From positions 26,687 through 90,686 of the forward strand of contig CBDBCZ010000004.1 of assembly GCA_965203295.1 (NCBI GenBank): DNA of 64,000 nucleotides. Reading direction: 5' to 3'. This document shows positions 12,683-25,835 of the stretch, piece after piece. Numbering within the stretch: position 1 is the first letter of the stretch; each line of letters starts with the position of its first letter. The stretch comes from Nitrospirales bacterium (GTDB lineage Bacteria; Nitrospirota; Nitrospiria; Nitrospirales; UBA8639). Position numbers and translations under genes: made by a program. A model generated the notes under the pieces. That model was given only the letters and a program-made list of their open reading frames with translations, was not told the origin of the DNA and made no database searches.

Positions 12683-14040
12683 ACTACAACCCTGTGCCAC
12701 CCCCTGACCTATATCAAATATTTCTGCCTCCAGTAAAACAGCACTCTGTGTGATATCCTTAATGGCTCACCTCATCCTGCTCCTAACACCAATTTCCCAT
12801 AACTTAAAACTATAAGCCATTATGTCAAACTGTGTCAAATACTTCTGAACATCTAAGAAAGAAGCATAAGTGTTCCTCATTCTACCTGGTATGATTTCAT
12901 TGAGAGCAAGATGCTAGTAACACAACTCGTTTTCTCTCTAATTCTTCATGAAGAGCTCTTTCTCATTCTAATGTGATTACTATGTGATTGCGATTGTTTA
13001 GAACAATTTTCTTCCCACATTTAATAATGTCCTCAATATCACCTTTCTTATACAAGCTAAAAGTTAACACTTGTCCTTAACACTCTCCTCTGTCCAAACT
13101 ACTTCATATAAGACTTTCAACAGACTAACTATTCATTTGCCACCGTACCTAAAAAGTTCTCCAACTAGCCCATCAATACCCCGTGGTGCGTAGGCAGCGG
13201 CAGGGTTAAGCGAATGGTTCTGTCTGTCCGTCCGTCCGTCCATCCGTTGTCTGTCCACTCAAAAATTGGTCTATCTCGCGATTTACAGGGTTAAGCGATT
13301 GCTAAACACGACAGTAACATTGAAATCTAAAAAAAAATGTCCGGGTGTGTACCTAATAGTCGCCACAGCAGTTCCATATGCTGTATTTCCAGCTCTTTCT
13401 TATTTAACAACGGTACATTCTGCCTTTTTAATGCAGTCATAACTAGAATACAATGGGGGCCGGGCATATACAGACTCTGGTCACGTGTTCGTATTGGCAA
13501 TCGGTATGTCTGTGCGAGAGACTGCTAGTTTTTTAGGGTTTTAGTTAAATTTCTGCAAAATAATTCCCCTGTCCCAAACCTTAACCTTTCGTAATCTAGA
13601 CATTTCCCTGTACTCTGTCACTTTCTGCTCTACATGCTCTTTCCAGCTACCATCAAACTGATCATCTACGGATGCTGTACCCAGCCTTTCATAATGCTCA
13701 CATAATACTTCCAAATTTCCCTTAGTGCTGGTTACACATGAACCTGGATTACTCCTCAAAGAAGCAATGTACCCTTACGACTACCATTTAAAGATCCTGC
13801 CAACAAATGCCCAAAAAATTCTTTCCTGTTTTCATGAAAATCTTTATTAGCCTTTTCAATCACCTCATTCCAACTATCTATACCAATTCCTTGATTTCCG
13901 AACATAGTTTGTAACACTCTCCCCGTTTATCTCCCCTGCCAATACTAATCTCCAGTATCCTTATAATACTCTTCTCCTTAATCACTATCCCACCACCTCA
14001 CCGCTTTGTCACGCATTATCACCTTTTCTCTATTTCCCTA
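12683..14040 (-). mobile_element. Degenerate LINE ORF2 (RT) fragment, copy 1
   Basis: GVAQGCSM; GSCVTSTKGNLEVLCEHYERLG; same family as 27310-29945. Confidence 0.85.
13177..13546 (+). mobile_element. DINE-1/HINE-like non-autonomous Helentron-type insertion (also ~19619-19979 and ~37536-37919)
   Basis: 5' stem-loop ACCCCGCGGCG..GCGGTGGGGT, then a (GTCY)n microsatellite, no TSD, T-rich ends. Confidence 0.65.
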
Positions 14041-15404
14041 CCATCACAGATAGGCAGTAATTATTGCAACTGTTCGCTATGTGTCCTGTCTCTGGCACAC
14101 TTTTATGTAATGCATACCTAACTTTTAAATAGTGTGTGTGGGGGGGGAATCAAAACTAGATAACTAGTCTTTGTCGTCTTGAAGACGCGAGACTCATTAT
14201 TTTCAGTAATAAGTCCATGTACATTAGTGTTTCCCTTGAAAATACTGCTGCACAGCTTTAAAGGAAAGGTGAAAATACATACACAAATGTTTAAGTACAT
14301 TTCCACTGATTGGATGAAATAATAGTGATACATCTGTGTAGTTTGAGCAGTGGTAGAAGGTTTTGTTCCCTTGGTTCAGTAGTTGTTTGGTTTATGGTTC
14401 GAAAATTTGGCTCTATCACAAATTCTATTGCTGGTTAGGCCACACATTTCTGAGGATATTTCAAGGAGAATGAAAGGCATGCATGGCTACAATCATGTAC
14501 AGATCATTAGAGGGACCAATAAGGATTTACTGCTTTTTGTTAAGCATGCATAAATGTCTCTGGAATCAACAGTGACTATGGTGACAGCTAGTTCATTAGG
14601 TCACTGTGATATGTGGCATACATATAGAGCTTGCAGTAGAGTCTAGAGCTGATCCGATTCACTTGGTAGAGACAATGATGGCCAAGTGTTTATGTTATTC
14701 TTCGCTACATCACCAGCTTCATACATTGTTTCACCTCCCAGGGTAGGAAGCCAGAAAGGCAAAGTCACAGCAGAAAAATACCAGGCTGTACAAGTAGAGA
14801 GTAAGTCACAGCGTTACTGCATGAGCCTGTCAGTGCTTTGAAAAACAATAATCATCCTGCTAATACTTTAATGCGTATGCAATTGTAAGTTGTTGTATAC
14901 ATACTGAGCTCTGGCATTCAGATTCTACAAATAGGCTATGCATGCGTACGTATTGGAGTGTACTAGTCAGATTCGTACCGAAGCGTTACTGGCTCTATTA
15001 TAGTGTTTCTGTAAATGCATCTGCAAAGGTGATTACAATAATCATGTTGACTATTGTATAATGTTTATACTGCCGTGCAGGTAGCGAGCTCACACACATC
15101 ACAAGCAGTGGCTGGAGCTCAACAGCATCCGAGCACCCAAATGAAAATTTACAAGCTCTACCAGAGAGTGCATCAGTGGTGATTTCAGATGCAGATATCG
15201 TGAACAATAGCATAAAGATTGATTTAGAAGCAGGAAGTCAAGATTCAAGTGGATGAGACTTCACTTCGTGACTATTTACATGTGATGAAGCTGTCGTCAC
15301 ATGTTGAACTGCATGTTGTGTTCTTTTTTATTATTTTATTTGTTGTATTTATTACTATTAGTAACCTTTTGCAAACCCCCTTTTTTTACTATTAGTAACC
15401 TTTT

Positions 15405-15945
15405 GCGAGCCCCCCCCCCCCCTACTGTAAACCTGTGCGTGCGTGCGCGTCCGTGCACGCGCATGGTCTATTCCGTAAAAGCGTTGGCACGCGTATGCCT
15501 ATTTCAACAACTGCTGTCGCGCGTTTCAGCGGCAATTATCCTCAGGCTCTACAGCGCGTGCGTGCGCTCTGGAGAGCTAGAGGGAAATGAGTGACTTGTG
15601 TAGACAGCGACATTGGAACGGCGCACACAACGCTACAGAGAAAGGAGAGCGGCCGAAACTTCTGTGGAGAAGGAGAGAAGGCTACAGAACGAGCGAGCAC
15701 GGAGACCAAGCTTACATGTACGCAGGGCAGCAGCGCAAGGGCAAAGGATGAAGTCCCGCGATGCCACGAATATTGGTAGCTGGAGGAGAAGGTGGCACGC
15801 CTCCTGTGCAGAGTAGTCCCTCTCTACAGTCGTGTTTATCGGGAGCTTCTGAACTGCCTTCAATGACTTTTCAGCATCATTCACAACAGCAGCATACACG
15901 TCCTTCAGCATCTGTGACCGTGGCTCGCATAATTTGGTGGCCGCT
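15405..15945. mobile_element. Truncated copy of the Helentron derivative at 21766-22842
   Basis: KSLKAVQKLPINTTVERDYSAQEACHLLLQLPIFVASRDF on the minus strand. Confidence 0.75.
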
Positions 15946-16955
15946 AAGTCAGTGCTACCTTACGCGGTGGTGTGATGACAGTGGAGTGCCAGAGCAGTCA
16001 TCTGTCAAGTTTTGCAGTGCTGGTGGATGTGTTAAGTCCACAGGTTTACACTACATGTAGCCCATTCGACCTTAACAGACTGTATTTGTGAGACTTCTTT
16101 ATTAAGGTAGATGATTTATGCAAACATATAATGGCACTACTGTAACATTAATGTGCAAATTAACCTGTGTCTCTACATATATTGTTTAGACCATGCTTGT
16201 TATCATATAATATACTGTAACACAGCCTGCAAAACCAATGCAAGCATACAGACTACTAGCATGTGTACCTAAAATAATTATGTTTCTTTGTGTTGTGAAA
16301 CCTCACTATTCCTGTTACACAATGTATTGTATTCTGTTTTGGCTGCTATTTAGGGAGGTGCAGAGCTACAGGCCTTAATGATCGTCTCCTATATTGGTTG
16401 TGCTATTTCCATGGCATGCCTGGTCATTGCCAGTGTGTTCTTTCCCTTTCTGGGGTAAATACCATTTACACTATTGTCACTACACTCGTTAATATTAATA
16501 CTCCCTGTTTTGTTTGTTGTGGTGTGTGTAGTATCTCCTCTGAGCTACATTTCTTCAAGTGTTGTGGCTACTTGCAAATATCATGCATACTGCCTTCGTC
16601 TATTACCTGAAGAGTTATGGCTGCTTCTTTTACTAGTAGTTGCGGTTTGTATTCCACTGGGAGTGTATACTGGTAATACGTATACTCGTTTCTATGTACC
16701 TCTATGTTTGCTCACTTGCATTTCTACTGGTAATCCTTTCACTTGAGAGTGTAGTTGCATGACTTACACTATTTTGTGGTTGTATTCTCTGTAGTAACCA
16801 CATCTATTTTCTCTTATTCCTCAGCAAGAAACTGTTCCAATTAGTTCACTACTTTATTAATCTAAATTTGGCCATCTCTCTGTTTGTGGGGTAGCTACCT
16901 TGTTTTTGTGATTGGTATACAGACAGCCAGGCATTCAGTGGTACGTAAATGCATG

Positions 16956-16995
<40 letters not shown>

Positions 16996-18829
16996 CTATG
17001 CTAGATGCTGCATGGTTGGTAAAGCATGCGTGTCACAAGAGTTGTATGAACGTGCACAAAATTGTACATGTTGCGTTTTCTTGTACATGTGTATGCAATA
17101 AGCAAAGCATCCAACTTTTTTCTTATCATACATGTATTCAGAGAATAATTCTTGTCTAAAATCAAGTGGAAATTTCGTAGCTATTCCATACAGACAGTAT
17201 ACGTAATTGGCATGCACTTTTTGAGCACGTGAATAGCAACAACATGTGCAGCACCATGAAATGACTTTGTATGTTCAAGGTCAGAGAGTAGGTTTTAGCT
17301 TTAATTCCTCTACCCCGTACGTTGCTAGGCACTCAAATGAAGTATAGAGTCTGCTACGTACAATGTTATAAAGGCCGATTAGTGATTCTATGGCTTTGGT
17401 ATGACACCTAGCCTATTTTTAATAATTATTGAAATGCTTTATCTGCAGTTTAAACCTTAATTGCTCATGCATGCCGTGGATATATCATGCAATCAGGGCT
17501 AGGTACGTACATAACTTGGATTTTTACCCTAAATCATGCAAAGATATGTGTTTATGTGATAGGGTTGTGATCGTCCAGAAACTTTGCAAGATTAAGAATT
17601 TAATCTCAGCTAGCTTGAGGTGAAACCTATCTTATACTACAAGCGCATGTGATGATGTCATGCAGCATAATATATGTAGAAGAAGCCAGGTTGGTAACTA
17701 CGTACGTATCTGTGAGAGGATCAACAGAAGCAGAGATCACGGAGGCCGTATAGTATATTATAATCCAAACAATTAAGAGTGCGAAATGTGAGGCCGGACT
17801 ACCAAACCTCCCGCTGCTTGAGACCCAGTCTGTCCTGTTTCTTGTCTCCGCTAATGGTTTGCACTCACACTACCTGTACAGTTCAGTCTCTTTTACATTA
17901 AGCAGTACTCTTCTCAAGTATGAGGGATAGTATTAAAATTTATGTGAGCATAATGTATAATCTACGTAATTTAATTTTGGTATTATACATAATATAAACA
18001 CAATTATACACGTATTCAGACACAGACAGTGTCCACTCACTGATTATGGCACACATTCTTACTTACACGTACGTATGTATGTATCTCTTTTGTACATTAT
18101 TCTGCTCCTTACAGGGTGGGTGTGTCTTTATAACTGTTCTCCTGCACTACTTCTTCCTGGCTGCCTTCTGTTGGATGTTGTGTGAGGGCATCATGCTCTA
18201 CCTGATGCTGGTAGTAGTTTTCAGCAGGCTGTCCAAGAAATGGTGGTTCTTCTTACTCCTTGGATGGGGTAAGTTACGTACATGTAGTGTTCAAACTCTT
18301 GATTTGTAATGCAGGCATTAGACCACTATTCAGTACGTATACTCTTGTCTGCAGGTCTGCCCATTTTTCCTGTGGTGATTGGAGTGGCATCAAGACATGA
18401 TGACGTGATTATGGAGTGAGGAACGATGAGGGAGCTCTTATATAGTAAGTATAACCAGTATTAACACATGAGTTAGTTGAATCTGTCTATAGTTATGGAT
18501 CATCCATGTCACTATCATTGAGTACGTCGCGTCCCACAGTGTGTACAACCTCTTTTATAATGTGCCATTCCAAAAGCATACTGTCTGATTACTGTATTAA
18601 CAGTCATGACATGGTCATTGGGCTAAATAAATGAAGTTCCTCAATTGTTGATCATCAAGGCACTAGAGAGTTCTTAGTAGTATCTTATACATATATTGTT
18701 CTTGCAGTTGCTGGCTGTCCACTGACAATGGAGTTATCTGGGCTTTTGTAGGCCCTATGTTAGCCATCATTGCTGTACGTTAGCCTTGCAACTGTTGTTT
18801 TAATTCATGGTCACATGTAAAAATCAAAT

Positions 18830-20470
18830 ATGCATTTGCACTTCCATGTACACGCACCTGTATCAGCCTCTTTAGAAATTACCATAATAGCACTCTTTTT
18901 TATGTCAGATTTCAACCTCCATTTATTACAAAACCCCTGTACTGCATTAATCAATGTTTGTAAGTCCTCAGCGTTAGTAGTTAAACCTGCAAAATCATCG
19001 GCAAACATTAGACCCCCAACCTGAACATCCTTCTTAATATTAATGCCAATCACAGCCTTCTCAACCTCATCTAACAACTGATTAATAAAATTAGATAAGA
19101 GGATAGGCAACATACTACAACCCTGTGCCACCTCCTGACCTATATCAGATATTTCTGCCTCAACACTCTGTGACCTATTCACCAATTTCCCATAACTTAA
19201 ACTATAAGCCATCATGTCAAACTGTGTAAAATACTTCTGAACATCTAAGAAAGAAGCATGAGTGTTCCTCATTCTACCTGGTATGATTTCATTGAGAGCA
19301 AAGATGCCATCAACATTACTCGTTTTCTCTCTAAATCTTCATGAAGAGCTCTTTTTCATTCTAATGTGATTACTATGCGATTGTTTAGAACAATTTTCCT
19401 CCCACATTCAATAATGTAATGCCTCCGTAAATACCCAGGTCCTCAGTATCACCTTTCTTATACAAGCTAAAAAGTTAACACTTGTCCTCGTTGTTTAGGA
19501 ACACTCTCCTCTGTCCAAACTACTTCATATAAGACTTTCAACAGACTACATGTAGCTACTCCTTTGCCACCATACCTAAAAAGCTCCCCAACTAGCCCAT
19601 CATTACCTCCTGTATTATTATTACCCCGCGGCGCGTAGGCGGCGGTGGGGTTAAGCAATTGGTTCTGTCCGTCCGTTCGTTGTCTGTCCACTCAAAAATT
19701 GGGCTATCTCGCGATTTACGGGGTTAAGCGTTTGTTAGACACAACAGTAACAGTGAAATCTAAAAAAAAATGTCCGGATGCGTACCTGATAGTCGCCAAA
19801 GCGGTTCCATACGCTGCATCTCCAGCTCTTTCTTATTTAACAATGGTACATTCTGCCTTTTTAATACGGTCACAACTAGAATATAATGGGGGCCGGGCAT
19901 ATACGAACTCTGGTCACGTGTTCGTATTGGCAATCGGTATGTCTCTGCTAGAGACTTCTACTTCTTTGGGGTTTTAGTTAATTTTCTGCAAAATAATTCC
20001 CCTGTCCAAAACCTTAACCTTCTGTAGTCTAGACATTTCCCTATACTCTGTCACTTTCTGCTCTACATGCTCTTTCCAGCTACCATCAAACTGATCATCT
20101 ACGGATGCTGTACCAAGCCTTTCATAATGCTCACATAACACTTCCAAATTTCCCTTAGTGCTGGTTACGCATGAACCTGGATTACTCCTCAAAGAAGCAA
20201 TATACCCTTACGACTACCTTTTGAAGATCCTGCCAACAAATGCCCAAAACTCTTTCCTGTTTTCATGAAAATCTTAATTAGCCCTTTCCATCACCTCATT
20301 TCAACTATCTATACCAATTCCTTGATTTCCGAACATCGTTTGTAACACTCTCCCCGTTTATCTCCCCTGCCAATACTACTCTCCAGTATCCTTATCATAA
20401 TCTTAATCTCACCATCACACCACCTCACTGCTTTGTCACGCATTATCATCTTTTCTCTATCATCACAGAT
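18830..20470 (-). mobile_element. Degenerate LINE RT fragment, copy 2
   Basis: QGCSMLPILL..GGLMFADD (RT YADD-like motif). Confidence 0.9.
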
Positions 20471-21765
20471 AGGCAGCAATTATTGCAACTGCTAGCTATA
20501 TGTCCTGTCTCTGGCACACTTTTATGTAATGCATACCTAACTTTTAAATAGTGTGTGTGTGGGGGGGGGGGGGGGGATCAAAAACTAGATAACTCGTCTT
20601 GAAGACGCGAGACTCATTATTTTCAGTAATAAGTCCATGTACATTAGTTTTCTTTGATAAAACTGCTGCACAGCTTTAAAGGAAAGGTAAAAATACATAC
20701 ACAAATGTTTAAGTACATTTCCACTGATTGGATGAAATAATAGTGATACATCTGTGTAGTTTGAGCAGTGGTTGAAAGTTTTGTTCCCTTGGTTCAGTAG
20801 TTGTTTAGTTTATGGTTTGAAAATTAGGCTCTATCACAAATTCTATTGCTGGTTAGGCCACACATTTCTTAGGATATTTCAAGGAGAATGAAAGGCATGA
20901 ATGACTACAATCATGTACAGATCGTTAGAGGGACCAATAAGGATTTACTGCTTGTGTACCTCTTTGTGTTAGAATCAACATGCAGTGACTATAATGGTGA
21001 CAGCAAGTGTATTAGGTCACTGTGGTATGTGGCATACATATAGAGCTTGCAGTAGAGTCTAGAGCTGATCCGATTCACTTGGTAGAGACAATGATGGCCA
21101 AGAGTTTATATTATTTTTTGTTACATTACCGGGTGCGTACATTGTTTCACCTCCCAGGGTAGGAAGCCAGAAGGCACAGTTACATCAGAAAAATACCGGG
21201 CTGTACAAGAAGAGAGTAAGTCACAGTGCTACTGCATGAGCCTGTCAGTGCTTTGAAAAACAATAATCATCCTGCTAATACATTAATGCATATACAATTG
21301 TAAGTTGTTATATATACATACTGAGTTCTGGCATTCAGATTCTACAAATAGGCTATATACGTACATATTGGAGTGTACTAATCAGATTCATACCGAGGCG
21401 TTTGGCTCTATTATATTGTTTCATCTACAAAGGTGATTACAGTGTTATGTTGACTATTGTATAATGTTTATACTGCCATGCAGGTAGCGAGCTCACACAC
21501 ATCGCAAGCAGTGGCTGGAGCTCGACAGCATCCGAGCACCCAAATGAAAATATACAAGCTCTACCAGAGAGTGCATCAGTGGTGATTTCAAATGCAGATA
21601 TCGTGAACAATAGCATAAAGATTGATTTAGAAGCAGAAAGTCAAGATTCAAGTGGATGAGACTTCTCTTCTTGACTATTTACATGTGATGAAGCTGTCGT
21701 CACATGTTGAACTATTGTGTTATTTTTTATTATTTATTTGTTGTATTCTTTTTTCTTACTCCTTT

Positions 21766-22842
21766 TGGGGCGAGCGTGAGCGAGCCCCCCCCTCAGTGTA
21801 GACCTGTGCGTGAGTGCGCGGGGCCTATTCAACAACTGTTGTCGCGCGTTTCAGCGGAATTAACTATCCTCTACAACACGTGCGTGCACTCTGGAGAGGG
21901 AAATGAGTGACTTGTGTAGACAGCGGACATTGGAACGGCGCAGACAGCGCTACTGAGAAAGGAGAGCGGCCGAAACCCCTGTGGAGAAGGAGAGAAGGCT
22001 ACAGAACGAGCGAGCACGGCGAAGGCGGAGACCAAGCTTACATGTACGCAGGCGAGAACGCAGGGCAGCTGCGCAAGGGCAAAGGATGATGAAGTCCCGC
22101 GATGCCACGAACATTGGTATAGCTGGAGGAGAAGGTGGCATGTCTCCTGTGCAGAGTAGACGTCCCTCTCTGCAGTGGTGTTTATCGGGAGCTTCTGAAC
22201 TGCCTTCAACGACTTGTCATCATCATTCACAACAGCAGCATACACATCCTTCAGCATCTGCGACCGTGTTTCGCATAATTTGGTGGCCGCTGACTGGTGT
22301 TGAGGTTGCAGCTGTTCTGTCACTAGACACGTACTTAGCTTGCCTTGTCAGTCTGCAAGTCTCAAATCACCCCCACAACTGAACAGCTGGGTATATGTGC
22401 AAAGTGCGATGCTCTTCAAGCACTGAAACACTGCAAGAAACAGTGGAGTGCTAAGCTCACCTTTCTTGCTGGTGCCGATTTCCTAACACTCAATGTTTTT
22501 GGCGCCAATCTTAACTTGTTGACATTGCGCATGTATGCAAGATGAAGACGTCACCGAAGCTTCCCTCCTATCTGCCCCTCCGTTTACTTTGACGTACAGC
22601 CTCAATATTGTCACTGGCATTCACAGGCATTAAGTACAAACCAGACTAACATTTGAGTTTTTCTCAACTAGACTCTATATCCTTCCATATTATAATGATG
22701 ATTGTTGACCACTGTAATATACCGCTGCATGTAAAATTATATCATGCTCTGTGATAATGCATTACCAGCCCTGCATATCCAAGTCAGCTATGTATGATCA
22801 TAGATCATCTATGGCATGATGAACTCGCTCACGCTCGCCCCA
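21766..22842. mobile_element. Non-autonomous Helentron/Helitron2-like element with 19-bp inverted ends, carrying Rep-helicase and RPA70-like fragments
   Basis: TGGGGCGAGCGTGAGCGAG (21766-21784) / exact reverse complement (22824-22842). Minus strand has an RD.SAQE.CHLLLQL motif; plus strand has YLAC..CK..CAKC..KL..L.VF (~22292-22633). Confidence 0.75.
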
Positions 22843-23471
22843 TTCACCTAGTAGATAATATCTATGTATACGTGCGTCCGCACAGTTCTGAGTGCTGTGC
22901 GTATGCATATGCGTACGTACAGGTACGGGTCTAGATAGCCCCACCCCCATTCATTCATGCGCATGTGCGCTGAACCGTCGAGAATCTTCGTCAGGGAGGG
23001 GAGGAGAGGTTGCTGTACGAGTCAGGCCACTCATACAACGGGAGATTAGAGCTATTTCAAGCCGTGTAAGTTTGTACTCGTTAATATGTACCCGTTGTGT
23101 ACTGTAATTTCCGAAGTTACCCCCCCCCCCCCCCCCCACTTACCTTACCCGTTGTGTACTGTAATTTGGTCAGCTATGGTAGCTAGCTCCCGTACAGTCT
23201 GGCTCGCGAGACTAGCTCCCGTGTCGGTACAGAGGTTTGTAAAAGCTTACAGGAGACTGTGTAGAGTAGAAACCAGAAAGCTTGCCCTGCTCATGATCGG
23301 TAATGAGCCTTTCATCTGTAGCATTGTTAGGGCTGTATTTTTTCGAGTGCAAACCTCTGTAGACCTATGAAATAACTTGAAAGTAGCAAGTCTTTGACAC
23401 ATTTTTTACTGTTAGACGTTAAGTGATAGCCATTGACATTGAAGTCTTTGACATAGAGTCTTGCGCTGTCC

Positions 23472-24070
23472 TAGTCTCGCGGGCCAGACGATTTTTGTTG
23501 GGGCAAGTTACGTCTGGCCACCTTAGCCACGTTTCCGTTACGCGGTGGAATGTAGTGCACGTGACGCAATGTCATTTTTCATGTGGCAGAACGCAATTAT
23601 TATGTGAAGCTAATAGACTCTCGCCTTATAATCACGACATGGACAGTCGGTAGAGATGTGATTGCTTTGTCAGTCAGCGGTAAAGGCGAAGGAACGTCGG
23701 AATCTTCACAGTGAGTCTACAGAGCATGTGCTTCCTATTTTACTCGATGTACTTGAGGACCAGCGATGGAAACAGTCATTTATTTTCAAACTTATTACTC
23801 GTTCCTGGTTCGGCCGAAGCATAGCTAACTCGCAACTTTCGCTAACACTTTCTTCTCGATAACATCATAGATAGTAGAGTCCACGTGGACTCTACTATCT
23901 ATGATAACATCTCGTTTGAAAAAGACAGACTGTCATGTGACTAATGCATAAGAACTTTGTAATAATTGAACGCTCTGCAATCTGATTGGTGTCGCCCACA
24001 TTCCGGCGACGTTTGCAAAAACGTGGCAAACGTGACCAGACGTACTTTAACCGTCTGGCCTGCGAGACTA
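23472..24070. mobile_element. MITE TAGTCTCG..CGAGACTA with perfect 9-bp TSD
   Basis: GCGCTGTCC at 23463-23471 and 24071-24079. Confidence 0.92.
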
Positions 24071-24393
24071 GCGCTGTCCCTGACAATGTTTGGTGGGGTC
24101 TCTATCACAACTGCTATAACGTAGTGTAACAGTTATTGCCTCGTGCAACTAACTGTGGTTGCTATGTATGCATATGTATCTATAGCATCATGTAAATGTA
24201 TTTTTCCATGTGCACACACAGTGTGTTTAGGTTAATATAAGGAAGTAACCATTGATATCAAACCAGAGTCAAGGAAAAGGCCTTCACAGATTGGAATCGA
24301 TTATTTTGGAGAGCTAATACGGTCTGACGTATCACGAAACACACAATTTCTTCTATGATCTCATGTTCGGACCCAGGTTAGTTCACTAGGTAC

Positions 24394-25594
24394 AAAAGCA
24401 CTTTACAAAAAGTGCAAAAACCACTCATGTAGGGATGCACTTCCACCAAAAAACAATTCCCCAAAAACCAACGAAACAAGCGACAATGCACACTGGAAGG
24501 CATGCACAGACTACCCACACATCACAGCGCAATGCATTTACTGCGTACCTACCATCCCTACATCTTTCCAACCACACCTGTCCAATGTTGAGAATGTGAG
24601 ATGTGAATAGTGGTAGTGTAAATTGCTGTGTGTGTGCATGCGCTGGTAATGAGAGGTACCCCTGAATTGAGGATACCCCTCTATACAGGGCGCTTGATTA
24701 GGTCCTCAAGGTGTCGACAATATGGGGTTCCAGTGTAGTATAATTTGTTTTGGGTGTAAAGATGTGTTGGTAATGGGTGCATATATTATAATGAATTGTA
24801 TATTATGGTGTTTGCATAGAGGCTTTGGAGAAGTACGTATGGTTGAGTGCTGTGAAGTTATGCGAGTGTGTTGAAAGTCAGTTTGTGAGTGGATGTTCTT
24901 TGTAGGGGAGGTGAATGTGGGTGCATTTGGTAAAGTGTGGGTCGGGTGTTGTGAAGTTAATTGAATGTATTGTAGGGTGGTTGATGTGGGTATTGTGTGT
25001 TGGTATGTTGTGATGGGAGCAGTGTTGCTGTGAAGGTCTGAAGGGGAGGACAATGTGGGTGTGATTGGTATGGTGTCGGTAGGGTGTTGGTAACTTTTGA
25101 ATGTGTGTAGCATGGTAGTTGATGTGGGTTGTATTGTGTGGTTGTGTGTGTTGGTGAGTGTGGCTTGGTTTGTGCTTGTGAGTGGGGTTGGTGAGCGGAG
25201 TGTGTTTTCTGGGGAATAATATTATGTTGCTATGAAGGTTTAGGCTGGTTGTATTGTGGGGTGCGTTTTGTGTAGTATGTGAATATTGTTGTGGATGAGG
25301 ATGTGAGGGTGGCTGTTGGATGGCAATGTGCTGGCACGTATGGATAAGGATGGAGATGATTGTGGATGGTGAAGGGTGTTGTGTATGGGGGTGGTACAGT
25401 GTGTGGTGGGTGTAGTTGGAAAGATGTAGGGATGGTAGGTACGCAGTAAATGCATTGTGCTGTGATGTGTGGGTAGTCTGTGCATGCCTTCCAGTGTGCA
25501 TTGTCGCTTGTTTCGTTGGTTTTTGGGGAATTGTTTTTTGGTGGAAGTGCATCCCTACATGAGTGGTTTTTGCACTTTTTGTAAAGTGCTTTTT
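24394..25594. repeat. ~180-bp near-perfect inverted repeat (24394-24572 / 25415-25594) around a strongly G+T-skewed segment
   Basis: AAAAGCACTTTACAAAAAGTGC..CATCTTTCCAAC and its reverse complement. Confidence 0.9.
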
Positions 25595-25835
25595 CTATGT
25601 CTTGTTTCGGGGTGTTTTTTTTGGGAGATGGCAGGAAAGGGTATGTAGTGTTGTGGAACATTGATGGGATGGTGCGTGTAGTACAGGTTTCGTGTGTACT
25701 CCAGTCAGCATCAGGAAGGCCTTCGCCCGCATGGGCGATGCATGGGGGGGAAGGTTAAGCCTATACTTGGCACGTCTGGCAGCCCTTTTCTTGTCAGGGC
25801 AAGCTTTGTACCTAGCACGCGAGGCAGCCCTTTTC

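Noticed and set aside
24706..25661. Long His/Thr/Pro-rich ORFs as real genes
   Set aside because: Open in several frames because of AC-rich composition.
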